Below, piece after piece: positions 24,452-33,826 of a stretch of DNA of 36,363 bases. This stretch comes from a virus. Taxonomy: Duplodnaviria; Caudoviricetes. The DNA lies in the IMG/VR virus record IMGVR_UViG_3300016484_000347, positions 1 to 36,363 of that record, one strand, 5' to 3'. The notes below the pieces were generated by a model, which was not told the DNA's origin, searched no databases, and was given only the letters and a program-made list of their open reading frames with translations. Each line of letters starts with the position of its first letter. Positions within the stretch are counted from its first letter, which is position 1. The translations under genes were made by a program, and so were the position numbers.

Positions 24452-25627
24452 CTAGATAAAGCTTATGAAAATAGTATCGTTACCTTGAGTTTTTGAAGCT
24501 TGAAACTCCATATCGTCCGTAAGTACTCCGTCTTGGTCTCCATTAGTTAATGAAGTAAGAGTTACTTTAGGTAGATAGATAGCTGCTACGTTTTTAATCT
24601 CTCCAGCTACGTCGCTTGGGTTAGAGATATGAACGAAAATAGATACAGGAGCAGAGCTGTTAAACTTAGCAAATCTAGAAACGTCGTCGCCTTTCATATA
24701 AGGGTTAATAGACCCAGATACTAAAAGCTTAGTATTTCTAGAAGCGATTTTACCTTGAGAAGAGCAAGCCGATAAAATGTCATTTAGAGTATTACCAATA
24801 GTAAGACCAAACTCGTTATAATCTACTTCGACTCCGTCGATATACGCACAGGCGTCTAAAGCTACTGGAGGCTGTGGCTCAGCTGAAAAGTCTGGAGTAA
24901 TACCAGAGACCGAGTCTACTTTATCAAGACCTAGAGCTTTAACAGCGAAAGAAATTTGCGGTATTTGTCCAGTAGTCCAGTTAGAGATTTCAGCGGACTC
25001 TACTTTACAGCCTTTAGCTTGCTCAGTAATTTCTCCTCCTAACTCAGCTGATACAGAAAAAGAAGAGTCGGACTCTTCAAAATAGTATGTAGTCAAAGGA
25101 GCAATTTCTACTCCTAAAGCTGGAGCTTCTGGTAGAGCGATAGCTAGAGTTACAGATACGTTTCCAAGTGTATTAGAAACTTCTTTTACTGGTCTTACAG
25201 TATGCTTATTTGGCATTTTAACTAAGATACAGTCGCCTACTTTAATTTTATTAGCGTCCGCATCATTAAGAAGTAATACAGTCTCAGAGCTACCAGCTTC
25301 TAACTCAATAGCTGAAGCAAGACTACGCTTACCACCTAAAAGAGATTTTAAAAGCACGTCCGAGCGTGGAGCTTGTCCCTCTACGGCTGCGGCCTTAAAC
25401 TCAGTCGGCAAATTACCAGCTACGTTTGGTAGACCAGCTCTAGGAGCTGAAGACTCTACAGTAGAGCTAAGTACGGCTCTCTCGATAGTATCTCTGGAAT
25501 ATTCAAAACCAGCGAAGTCGTCTAGTACTTCGATAGCATCTAAAGCATTTGTCGGAGGGTTAAATTGACCCTCTGTATTTTCTTCTTTTAGAAATACAGA
25601 GCTACGGCCTTTAATTACGAAACTCAT
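24452..25627 (-). CDS. Major tail tube protein with inserted domain
   Basis: Position after terminator-like gene; AKGCKVESAEI, FGLTIGNTL, LVSGSI, IYLPKV tube-like strands. Confidence 0.8.
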   Translation of the reverse strand: MSFVIKGRSSVFLKEENTEGQFNPPTNALDAIEVLDDFAGFEYSRDTIERAVLSSTVESSAPRAGLPNVAGNLPTEFKAAAVEGQAPRSDVLLKSLLGGKRSLASAIELEAGSSETVLLLNDADANKIKVGDCILVKMPNKHTVRPVKEVSNTLGNVSVTLAIALPEAPALGVEIAPLTTYYFEESDSSFSVSAELGGEITEQAKGCKVESAEISNWTTGQIPQISFAVKALGLDKVDSVSGITPDFSAEPQPPVALDACAYIDGVEVDYNEFGLTIGNTLNDILSACSSQGKIASRNTKLLVSGSINPYMKGDDVSRFAKFNSSAPVSIFVHISNPSDVAGEIKNVAAIYLPKVTLTSLTNGDQDGVLTDDMEFQASKTQGNDTIFISFI

Positions 25628-25642
25628 TTTATAAACTCCTTA

Positions 25643-26089
25643 TTAAGTCGCTACTCGGTACTTAACGGCTAGGGTTAAGCTTATGGTAACTAAGTTATTA
25701 TCATTATCTATATCTGGAGCTGATAAGTCTAGCGGAGCAATAACTAGAAGCGACGCACTAGGAATAGATAGCGGTCTCCTATATAGCTCTTTGTAGACTA
25801 GCTCTAAGTCTCCGCTTATTTCAGCTATTTTATCTCTAAGGTCTTTGTCTCCGTAACCTTTCTTCGGAGAGTACTTCTGGCATAAAATCAAATCTATATT
25901 ATGGTCAAAAGTTACGGCCCGATTAGTTCCGTTTATTGTATTAGCATTACCTAATTGGATAGCGTAATTCTTTTCCTGTAGGCGGTCGTTTAATTCCAAG
26001 TTATAGACGAAAGGCATTTGCTTATATGAAGGGATAAGCTCGTTAACCTTTTCTTCTATGGACTGTAAAATTTCTCCGATAACGCTCAT
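25643..26089 (-). CDS. Putative tail terminator/completion protein
   Basis: 148 aa, immediately upstream of tube gene, C-terminal TISLTLAVKY strand. Confidence 0.55.
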   Translation of the reverse strand: MSVIGEILQSIEEKVNELIPSYKQMPFVYNLELNDRLQEKNYAIQLGNANTINGTNRAVTFDHNIDLILCQKYSPKKGYGDKDLRDKIAEISGDLELVYKELYRRPLSIPSASLLVIAPLDLSAPDIDNDNNLVTISLTLAVKYRVAT

Positions 26090-26886
26090 AATCTACCCAC
26101 GTAAACTACATTTTGAGGAGCTTGTATTTCTCCGTCTTCTAGTAGTCCATTATCATTTTCGTCTACAGTAATCAGCGGAGTCAAAGACCCAGCCGCTTCA
26201 GCTTCGTACTTAGCTTCTAGTAATTGCCATTTATCGCTAGGAGCGTCTGATAGCCAGCCAAAGATTTTAGAAAGTGTAAAATACTTAGCGGCTTCTCTTA
26301 CTTCTTCAATGTCCATAAGGTCGAAAACGTCTAGCTTCTTTCTTTTCTGAGTATCGAGTAGTTTATTTTCTACTACAATACCAGTACGTCGAAGGTCGTT
26401 AATAATATCTTTAGCGGCTTCTTCGTGGAAACGTATAAAGCTTTCTTGTCCCTCTGGTAAATGATTCATAATTGAAGGATAAGCAGCTACTAGGTCAAAG
26501 TCGTCTGAAAAGACCATAGAGATACCTCTAAATGTAACTGCATGACTACCAGTACAGTTAATTTTATACCAATATCCTTCAGTACCATTTAAGGTAGATT
26601 TCTTCTCGTTTACTTGATTAAGTTTCCAATTAATAAAGCCAGAGTTTTTAAAACTAAAACTCATATCTTTTAACTGAGAAACCTCCTCCCAGTTAATACC
26701 ATTGAAGTACTTAATGCTTAAATTTCTATCGTGATTATTTTTTAAAAGATTAACATACAAAGAATTTATAGGTTTATAGTATCCGATTGTAAGCTCTCCT
26801 TCTGAAAAGTCGATTTCGCTTGGTAGATACTCGTATCTTGATTGCTCTCTCGAAATGTCTAATCCGTTAAAAAATACTTTAAGCAT
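26086..26886 (-). CDS. Putative head-tail adaptor with N-terminal beta domain
   Basis: Helical C-half ending VDENDNG...VGRL; position. Confidence 0.55.
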   Translation of the reverse strand: MLKVFFNGLDISREQSRYEYLPSEIDFSEGELTIGYYKPINSLYVNLLKNNHDRNLSIKYFNGINWEEVSQLKDMSFSFKNSGFINWKLNQVNEKKSTLNGTEGYWYKINCTGSHAVTFRGISMVFSDDFDLVAAYPSIMNHLPEGQESFIRFHEEAAKDIINDLRRTGIVVENKLLDTQKRKKLDVFDLMDIEEVREAAKYFTLSKIFGWLSDAPSDKWQLLEAKYEAEAAGSLTPLITVDENDNGLLEDGEIQAPQNVVYVGRL

Positions 26887-26899
26887 AATTTACCTTTGC

Positions 26900-26927
26900 A
26901 AAAAAGGGAGAGGCCGAAACCTCTCCC
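26900..26927 (-). terminator. Intrinsic terminator
   Basis: GGGAGAGG-UUUCGG-CCUCUCCC-UUUUUU. Confidence 0.9.
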
Positions 26928-26936
26928 AGTTACCTA

Positions 26937-28496
26937 TTACTTAAGAGTAATATCGTAGTTAGTAGGGTCTTCGACCTCTGAGCGTTTAACTACTAAAAGC
27001 TGTTTAGAAGCGTTTGAAAGAATGATTTTATGAAGCATAAACTTCTCACCCGATAAACCTCCTCCTAACTTCATACTTCTAGTAGCAGCAAAATCTTTAA
27101 AGCCAGAAGTCATACGCTTAGCTGAAGACTCATGCTTTAAGATAATACCGACCATTTGCCAGTTAGCTTCTTGAGAAAAAGTAGCGTCTCCAGCGACCGA
27201 AGGAATTAATTTTAAAATACCTTTGTCGAAAGAGATTTGTACTTTAGCTCCAGCTGAAGCTTGCGACATAGTGATTAATGGGTCAATACCAGACAAGTTA
27301 GTACCAATGTCTTGGATATAGATACCAAAAGTACCAGAAGCGTTAACTTGCTCTAGAGTAATCTCAGACCAATAAGAAGCACCTGACGCACCAGTCGGAG
27401 CGTTAGTAGCGTCTGAAGTATGGGCTTGAGTACAGACATAGTACTTAGCTGAACTTAATACCATTGTACCTACTGAGATAGCCGTAGCTGTGGCCCAGTT
27501 TGGTAGTAAGTAGAAACCAGCGTTTAATGGCCCCATGTTTTTATTGTTCAATACAGTAGAGTTAAGACCTCTACAGCGTAGAGCTACTCCAGTACCATAA
27601 GTACCATTGAAAAAATTGTTTTGAACGATAGAGCCGATAGGGTCAAAAGTAACTGCGTTATTCCAGCTGTTAACTCCGAGAGTAGTAACACCTCCAGTAA
27701 TACCAGAGATTTCGTTATTCTCGAATTTGTTAACTCCTGTATTAACTCCTTGTACCACTACTAACTGTCTAGGTACGTTCCATACAGAGAACTGGTTTCC
27801 TGAAGCTGGGTTAGCTCCTACGAAAGTCTGTCCAGTAATTTTATTATGGTGAATATTAAAATTACCTAATCCAGCAGCCGAGTCCGTTAATATAGCGTAC
27901 TCTCCAGCTGCCTGAATTTCACAGTATGAAATTTCCCAGCCGTTAGCTGGGTTACTACCTAGGCCAGTATTACGTAGGTAAATTGCTGCGTACTCTGTAG
28001 CTGGGTTAGCGTTATCGAAGCCGACAATTTTCATATCCTTAATAGACCCAGTACCTCCACGTACTCTAATAGTAGCGTCTCCAGATACAGCTTGAGCCAC
28101 AGCTCTAGCCGTTGTAGCGGCTGCCGTAGTAGCGGCTGATATAGTGATAGTCGTACTCGTCTTACTTACCAGTCTACTATTGGATGGGATACCTGAAGCC
28201 GTTACTATACGGCCAATTTCGTAGCCAGATAAATCTTGTCCAGCTGTAGCGGTTAGAGTCGTAGCACCTAAGGCCCAAGTGAAAGTCTTAGAAGCTGGAG
28301 CTGTTCTATTATTACCAGTAATAATAGTTTGAGTCATACCAGCTCCGACTAGGTTAACACCTTTCCAGAGGTCTATATTTTCATCAAAAGTACCAGCTTC
28401 AATCTGTACAGTATCTCCAATTGCTGCGGCCTGAATAGCTCCTTGAATAGTCGTAGAGTTTCCAGAGCCGTCTTTTTTAACATATAAAATAGCCAT
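26937..28496 (-). CDS. Pectin-lyase-like beta-helix virion protein with CBM5/12-like module
   Basis: YVKKDGSGNSTTIQGAI...GDTVQIEAGTFDE cap, Asn-ladder strands, WATATAISVGTMV...YYVCTQAHTS...W module. Confidence 0.8.
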   Translation of the reverse strand: MAILYVKKDGSGNSTTIQGAIQAAAIGDTVQIEAGTFDENIDLWKGVNLVGAGMTQTIITGNNRTAPASKTFTWALGATTLTATAGQDLSGYEIGRIVTASGIPSNSRLVSKTSTTITISAATTAAATTARAVAQAVSGDATIRVRGGTGSIKDMKIVGFDNANPATEYAAIYLRNTGLGSNPANGWEISYCEIQAAGEYAILTDSAAGLGNFNIHHNKITGQTFVGANPASGNQFSVWNVPRQLVVVQGVNTGVNKFENNEISGITGGVTTLGVNSWNNAVTFDPIGSIVQNNFFNGTYGTGVALRCRGLNSTVLNNKNMGPLNAGFYLLPNWATATAISVGTMVLSSAKYYVCTQAHTSDATNAPTGASGASYWSEITLEQVNASGTFGIYIQDIGTNLSGIDPLITMSQASAGAKVQISFDKGILKLIPSVAGDATFSQEANWQMVGIILKHESSAKRMTSGFKDFAATRSMKLGGGLSGEKFMLHKIILSNASKQLLVVKRSEVEDPTNYDITLK

Positions 28497-28517
28497 AAAT
28501 TAATCCCTCCAAAAAAG

Positions 28518-30086
28518 TTAGTAAGCGTAAACTACGTGTACCATATCGGTAGCATCGATAGCTTCTTCGCCTGTAGGGTTAACTAGAGAGCCGATAAAAG
28601 TAAGACGAGTTTTTCCATTTACTGTAGATACAGTAAAGTCGATTGACTCATGAATCATGGCTCTACCAACTGCACAGCTCATAATCTTTTTAACTTGTAC
28701 GTTAAGGTCAAGGTAAGCAAGGCTAGGCTGTTCAGACATAAGCTTATGCTCGTCTGCGAAAGAAGGGCCGTCTGTCTTAGCTTCGAGTACTGCGATACGT
28801 GACTCATGGCCGTCTACGTCGCTTCTAATGTCTTGAGCGTAAGCATCTAGGTCATCATGGTCTACTCTGATTTCCTGAGCGTAAACTTCTAGGTCTGAAA
28901 TATCTGAAGCAAGTACAGCGTCTTTAGCATCTACTTCAGATTTTGAGTAATAACCAGACAAGTCTACAGCTGGAATTTGAGAGATTTTTAGGTCTGTATA
29001 AGCTTTCGCCTCTACCAAGTTAGCAGCGTCTTTAGAATCTACGTTAGAGATAGTTTCATAAGAAGATAAATCTACTGGAGGAATAGCTGCGATTTGAGAA
29101 TCAGTATAAGCTTTAGCCTCTACGATTTTATCGTCTACAAACTTTTTAACAACTAACTGCTCGTCTTTAGTCGGCATATTAGGAACGTATGTAGAAACTC
29201 CGTCTACGTATACAGTCCTAGTTGAAGTAATACCAGAGCCGTCTAGGTTTAGGTTAAATGACTTAAAACCTGAAGGGCCATTTACGTCGTCTTTTTGAGC
29301 TGAGATAGAGCCATACTTCGCCCATAAGTTATATCTCTCAGTAGCAGTAAAACCAGTAACGTCGTTAGGGTCTGGTACTTGAGTATCTGAGTAAACGCTT
29401 AGACCTTCTTTATCTAATGTAGCCTCATACAAAGACCGCCAAGTAGCGTCTCCTTCTTGGCCCATCCAATAAAGAGACCCAGTTAAAGTATCTCCAGACT
29501 TGTTAACTTTAAGAGCGTCGGCTGCGATACGTGCTTCAGCTTCAGATTGAATATTATTTTGCAAAGTACTATCGGCTGCGGCCCTAGCTTGCTCTTCGGC
29601 ATCTATTTCACCTTGTAAAGCTTGGTCGGCTGCAATTCTAGCCGATTGCTCAGATTGAAGAGCTGAAGAAGCTGAAGAAGCTAAAGAGCTAATAGCGTTA
29701 TTTAAGTTACTATCAGCGGCTTCAAAAGCAGCTACTACTTCAGATAGAGAATCTAAAGAAGCTGGGTCTACGTTTGAAAGTAAATTATTAATCTGAGACT
29801 GTAAGCTTGCGTCCGCAGCTTGACGAGCTGAAACCTCGCTAGAGATAGCTGAAGAGTTAGCGTCTACGTCGCTACGAAGTCCATCTATATCAGATTGCTG
29901 AAGGTCGAAATTACCTTGTACGACTCCTTCTAAGTCTGAAATGTCAGAAGCTAATGCTGCGTCTTTTTGGTCTACATAACTCTTATCAGCTTTACTAGTT
30001 TGTAAAGCCGTTACGTTTTGCTCCAGACTATCTACTTGCGAGATTAGTTCTGGGCTTAAAAATTTCTTTTTAATTTGCTGAGCCAT
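28518..30086 (-). CDS. Coiled-coil fibre protein with internal repeats
   Basis: EVSARQAAD/EQSARIAAD/EAEARIAAD repeats, LDSLSEV motif, EAKAYTD...IPxVDLSxY x2, KDAxLASDISDLE x2. Confidence 0.8.
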   Translation of the reverse strand: MAQQIKKKFLSPELISQVDSLEQNVTALQTSKADKSYVDQKDAALASDISDLEGVVQGNFDLQQSDIDGLRSDVDANSSAISSEVSARQAADASLQSQINNLLSNVDPASLDSLSEVVAAFEAADSNLNNAISSLASSASSALQSEQSARIAADQALQGEIDAEEQARAAADSTLQNNIQSEAEARIAADALKVNKSGDTLTGSLYWMGQEGDATWRSLYEATLDKEGLSVYSDTQVPDPNDVTGFTATERYNLWAKYGSISAQKDDVNGPSGFKSFNLNLDGSGITSTRTVYVDGVSTYVPNMPTKDEQLVVKKFVDDKIVEAKAYTDSQIAAIPPVDLSSYETISNVDSKDAANLVEAKAYTDLKISQIPAVDLSGYYSKSEVDAKDAVLASDISDLEVYAQEIRVDHDDLDAYAQDIRSDVDGHESRIAVLEAKTDGPSFADEHKLMSEQPSLAYLDLNVQVKKIMSCAVGRAMIHESIDFTVSTVNGKTRLTFIGSLVNPTGEEAIDATDMVHVVYAY

Positions 30087-30096
30087 TTAATCCTCC

Positions 30097-30477
30097 TTAA
30101 TAAGAGATTATGACCACGTCGTTTTCTTCTATGAAATTATCTAGGCCTTTGCTATCCCATGACAATACGTTTCCAGAAATTATTTCGTAATCTATACCAT
30201 TAAGCTGCGGTATACCTCCGACGAAATCTAGTTGTACTTTAGAAGGATATAAAGGCGGTCTCTGTAGAGTAAGTTTTTTTTCTTGTATCATTTGCTGAGT
30301 AATAGTTATAGTTTCTACTGTTAATGTAGCTCCAGCTCCTAGAGGGAAACCTCCTAGAGTAACTCCGTCTCCTCCATAGAAGACATTTTGGTTAACGTCC
30401 ATTACTACCTCGGAGAGTCCGAGTACTAAGCTTGCTCTTTGCTCAGTCGTTATCTTTGGGACTTTAAATATCGCCAT
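30097..30477 (-). CDS. Virion protein with Mtd/hyaluronidase N-terminal-like motif and shared C-terminal domain
   Basis: LVLGLSEVVMDVNQNVFYGGDGVTLGG; C-terminal ETITIT...Q..GIDY...DVVIISY. Confidence 0.6.
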   Translation of the reverse strand: MAIFKVPKITTEQRASLVLGLSEVVMDVNQNVFYGGDGVTLGGFPLGAGATLTVETITITQQMIQEKKLTLQRPPLYPSKVQLDFVGGIPQLNGIDYEIISGNVLSWDSKGLDNFIEENDVVIISY

Positions 30478-30652
30478 CTATTACCCTTAAGCCTTGGTCT
30501 ATGCTTGCCGTACTATTCTCTCTTAATCCAATATCAATTAGCAAGTCCGAGGTTTCTTGGTCGCCCATATCTACCTCCGCTAACTCCATTATGGTCATGA
30601 CTCCTCCAGACCAAACTAGGTCACAAATTAGAGGGTCAAATCTCCAGCTCAT
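30464..30652 (-). CDS. Small acidic virion-associated protein
   Basis: MSWRFDPL..DL N-terminus, DMG/DIG/DQG repeats. Confidence 0.55.
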   Translation of the reverse strand: MSWRFDPLICDLVWSGGVMTIMELAEVDMGDQETSDLLIDIGLRENSTASIDQGLRVIDGDI

Positions 30653-30922
30653 TTAAGGCCGTACCTTGCTAATGTCGATAATAGTATGCTTTTTACTGTC
30701 TTCGTAAGTAATAGTTACTATTTGAACTATATCGTTATCTTTTTTGTAGGTATAAATTTCTTGGTTAACAGCTGGGAAAGTAGTTTCGATTTTGTCCCAG
30801 TCTACTCCAGCGTTAGATACATTAATCGGAGTTTCGTTTTCTATGATAGTAGCTACTGAAGTTTTGCCTTCTGGCTTATTTCTAAACTTCTCGTACTCTC
30901 TACTTTTTAGGTCTGTTTTCAT
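30653..30922 (-). CDS. Hypothetical protein
   Basis: ORF track; tightly packed in structural operon. Confidence 0.6.
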   Translation of the reverse strand: MKTDLKSREYEKFRNKPEGKTSVATIIENETPINVSNAGVDWDKIETTFPAVNQEIYTYKKDNDIVQIVTITYEDSKKHTIIDISKVRP

Positions 30923-31127
30923 TTGTAGCCTTAATCTTGCTGTATTGATCGGCCAATATGTTTTCTGGTTTATCGTGATACCAAGCTATATGCTTTTTAG
31001 TATTAGTATCAAAATAAACAGAGAAGAAGTTAACAGTACCTCCACGCTTTAAAGAGACTTCGGCCATTCTAGTACGTAGACCTTCGCTGCTAGAGTCTTC
31101 AATAAAATTTGGAAATAATTGTTCCAT
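30900..31127 (-). CDS. Hypothetical protein
   Basis: ORF track; follows capsid terminator. Confidence 0.55.
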   Translation of the reverse strand: MEQLFPNFIEDSSSEGLRTRMAEVSLKRGGTVNFFSVYFDTNTKKHIAWYHDKPENILADQYSKIKATNENRPKK

Positions 31128-31141
31128 GCTTCTCTTAATAC

Positions 31142-31178
31142 AAAAACGAGATAGCCACGTTTTAAGTGACTACCTCGC
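31142..31178 (-). terminator. Intrinsic terminator after major capsid gene
   Basis: GCGAGGUAGUCAC-loop-GUGGCUAUCUCGU then UUUU. Confidence 0.8.
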
Positions 31179-31190
31179 TTAAATTTTTAA

Positions 31191-32039
31191 TTAAGCTTTA
31201 AACTTAATCATTAATGGAGATTTGTTCGGTAGAGCTTGACCCATACCAATTTGAACGGCCTTCATCCCATATAAACAATCCATGGCTTTTTTAAGGCAGC
31301 CTACGCCGAAGTCGATAGCTGGCTCCTCTCCTACAGCTGGGTTACGCTGAAAGCCGTAAGAGATAGCACCTTTTTCCGCCATGAAAAACTCGCCGTCTTC
31401 TAGAGCGTTAGTTTCTACGACTGGGATACCAAAAACTCGACCAAGAAGGCCAGTTTGAGTAACTGGAGAGCCGTAAACGTCTGCTTTAGAAAACTCTTCA
31501 ATTTTAAGAAGGTTAGTCATTTCAGAAGCAGCTACAAAAAGAGTTACTTCATTCATGTTAGCTTCATTCTTTTTAAGATACTCTCTCATTTCTAAGATTT
31601 TATCTCTGTCGATACCGCCTTGAGCTGCTACTTCGTGAGCTTCAGCGATAACTACTTCTTTAAGCTTTTGGTCGAAATAACGGCCATGAGCTGAAGCAGC
31701 CCTAGAAAGAGTTTCAAGCTCCCAGTCTAGAGTAGATTGAATTTCATCATTCGGGTCTACAATCCATTTAATGTAAGCTGGTACATTAAGGTCTAGAGTA
31801 TCAACACTAGAGCTAATAGATTGAGCATCTAAAGTCTGAGCTGAGCCTCTCTCGCCTACTTGGAAAGAGCCAAGCTTAGGGAAAGAAATTGATTTAACTC
31901 CTTTACGAGCGTAGTTTGAAACGTCGTTAAAGTAGTTAGAGAAAATAGCCGCTGCTTTTAATTCTTTCTGGGCCATTTCAGTAATAAGGGCCATTTTTGT
32001 CGCAGCTGTTTGAGAAGCTCCGATAATTGCGTCTGCCAT
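31191..32039 (-). CDS. Major capsid protein (HK97 fold)
   Basis: After scaffold; GVKSISFPKL, GLLGRVFGIPVVETN, DCLYGMK; AGGAGG SD; terminator follows. Confidence 0.85.
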   Translation of the reverse strand: MADAIIGASQTAATKMALITEMAQKELKAAAIFSNYFNDVSNYARKGVKSISFPKLGSFQVGERGSAQTLDAQSISSSVDTLDLNVPAYIKWIVDPNDEIQSTLDWELETLSRAASAHGRYFDQKLKEVVIAEAHEVAAQGGIDRDKILEMREYLKKNEANMNEVTLFVAASEMTNLLKIEEFSKADVYGSPVTQTGLLGRVFGIPVVETNALEDGEFFMAEKGAISYGFQRNPAVGEEPAIDFGVGCLKKAMDCLYGMKAVQIGMGQALPNKSPLMIKFKA

Positions 32040-32065
32040 AAAATTTTCCTCCTAACGGAAATTAA

Positions 32066-32653
32066 TTATTTAAAAGTCGTTTTAATATACTCTTTAAGCT
32101 CTGAAGGACTCATCTTTGAAGTATCTACTGAGCTAGTACCGAAAGACGCATTAGGTCTACCAGTAGCAGCTCCAATTCCTCCAGCTTGTTTCCAGAGATA
32201 AGGAGCATCTTTCTTAATAGCTTCGACGAAACGCTTAGCTACGTCGTCGCTAAAATCTAAGTTATCCTCGTCTAGACCTTGCTTCAAATATTCTTTTAGC
32301 TCTGGTCTATTTACTAGGTCGTCTATCTTATAAACGTCACCAGCATACTTCGCTACTTTATCCTTAACCGCTTGCGTAACTACTTTCTTCTTAGTCTTGT
32401 TAAGCTCGGCTTGGTAAGCAGCTGCTTTCTTTCTTTCCGCTTCTAGCTGAGCTTGAATATCTCCAGACTCGGCAAGTTTCTTAGCTTCAATTTCTTCTTT
32501 CTCAGTAAGAGCTTTTTTATATTTCTCTTTGTACTCCTGAGACTCTTTTAGAAGCCTAGCGTTTGTAGCAGCTAATCTCTCAGCGTCTACTTCATTAGTA
32601 TTTTTAGTTTGATTTTGGCCTTCGCCTTCTTGATTAATAGAGCCTTCGCTCAT
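32066..32653 (-). CDS. Capsid scaffold protein
   Basis: Charged coiled coil, KKDAPYLW, C-terminal SKMSPSELKEYI; AGGAG SD; TTGACA upstream at 32697-32692. Confidence 0.8.
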   Translation of the reverse strand: MSEGSINQEGEGQNQTKNTNEVDAERLAATNARLLKESQEYKEKYKKALTEKEEIEAKKLAESGDIQAQLEAERKKAAAYQAELNKTKKKVVTQAVKDKVAKYAGDVYKIDDLVNRPELKEYLKQGLDEDNLDFSDDVAKRFVEAIKKDAPYLWKQAGGIGAATGRPNASFGTSSVDTSKMSPSELKEYIKTTFK

Positions 32654-32701
32654 ATTACTCTCCTATTATTTAAGTACGCTTAATTGCATACTGTCAAATC
32701 A

Positions 32702-33376
32702 TTACCGCTTTATATCAAACTTAACCTTCATAAACCGCTTAAGCTTACTAGACTTGACTCCTAGTACTCTAGCTAAAGCTTCGGTTATTTTTTGCTCTAT
32801 ACGTCTATTAAACCTCTCTCCGTTACGAGTAGGCAATAGTCTTCTTTCTGGTATATTCTTTTCTGGTACTCCGTCGTTATGTATATCCCATAGATTGTAG
32901 CCGTCTACGTCTCTCTGAGCTGTAAGCTCTCCAGTATCTACGTTATACTTAAGTCCGTCATGCATCTTTCCACTTACTTTTAAGTTAACTGGAGAAACTC
33001 TTTTTCCTACTCCTAAGCCTTTAGGGAATTTTTCATAGCCAGCTTTTTTTAAAGCTCCTTTTCTGATTTTACCTTTTTTTGTATAGGTAATCTTATTATG
33101 GTCGCCATGATACTCTGGCTCTATCCTAACTACCTTACCAGATTTAAAACTAATGTACCTTGCTTTACCTTGGATAACGTCAATGTAAGACTGAGCGTAC
33201 TTCTGAAACCTACCAATAGCTCCAGCTACAGGGGAGATACCTTTTTTTATTAGGTCTAGTATCTGGTCTTTTATGCCTATGACTTTTAATTCTTTCCTGA
33301 AACTTTTTTGAATATTCTTTATTTCGCTTTTTAAAATCTTTTCTATCTGTCCCTTGGTTAGCTTATTCTTTGCCAT
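32702..33376 (-). CDS. Virion morphogenesis-family protein (basic paralog)
   Basis: NLKVSGKMHDGL and IHNDG...IPERRLLP motifs. Confidence 0.65.
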   Translation of the reverse strand: MAKNKLTKGQIEKILKSEIKNIQKSFRKELKVIGIKDQILDLIKKGISPVAGAIGRFQKYAQSYIDVIQGKARYISFKSGKVVRIEPEYHGDHNKITYTKKGKIRKGALKKAGYEKFPKGLGVGKRVSPVNLKVSGKMHDGLKYNVDTGELTAQRDVDGYNLWDIHNDGVPEKNIPERRLLPTRNGERFNRRIEQKITEALARVLGVKSSKLKRFMKVKFDIKR

Positions 33377-33826
33377 TTAATCCTCCATATCTAGATAGTC
33401 TTCTAGTATGCGTCCTACTCCTCTGAGTATTTCAGATTTAAACTTTTGGTCTTCGTCTGGTAGGAATTGCCTTTGCGGTAAAGTATCTCCTACATTATGA
33501 TTGTACGCTTTAGGTATCTCGTCTTCGTCAAAGATACCCAGCATAATAGACTCGTCACTAATCATAAAAGTAAGAGAGTTAAGCATATCGCCATTAAGGT
33601 CTAGGTTAGCCGATTTCTTACCAGAGAATTTTGCGTATTCAGGAGATAGAGACTTTTTAAAGCTACCTCCTGAGACTGGGCTTTTTGAGCTACCCACGTA
33701 ATCTAGAATAGAGTCTAATAAGTACTCAGCAATTTCGTTTAGAGCGTCTTCTCTTTTATCCTCTGGTACTTTATCTATCTTGGGTACTTCAAAGGTATAG
33801 TTAAAGTCGTCTAAGCTAATAGGCAT
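33377..33826 (-). CDS. Virion morphogenesis-family protein (acidic paralog)
   Basis: NLDLNGDMLNSL and NHNVGDTLPQRQFLP motifs. Confidence 0.65.
   Translation of the reverse strand: MPISLDDFNYTFEVPKIDKVPEDKREDALNEIAEYLLDSILDYVGSSKSPVSGGSFKKSLSPEYAKFSGKKSANLDLNGDMLNSLTFMISDESIMLGIFDEDEIPKAYNHNVGDTLPQRQFLPDEDQKFKSEILRGVGRILEDYLDMED

Noticed and set aside
14411-30086. Diversity-generating retroelement targeting fibre genes
   Set aside because: No reverse transcriptase and no template/variable repeat pair with adenine-specific mismatches seen; the Mtd-like motif is only an N-terminal structural module
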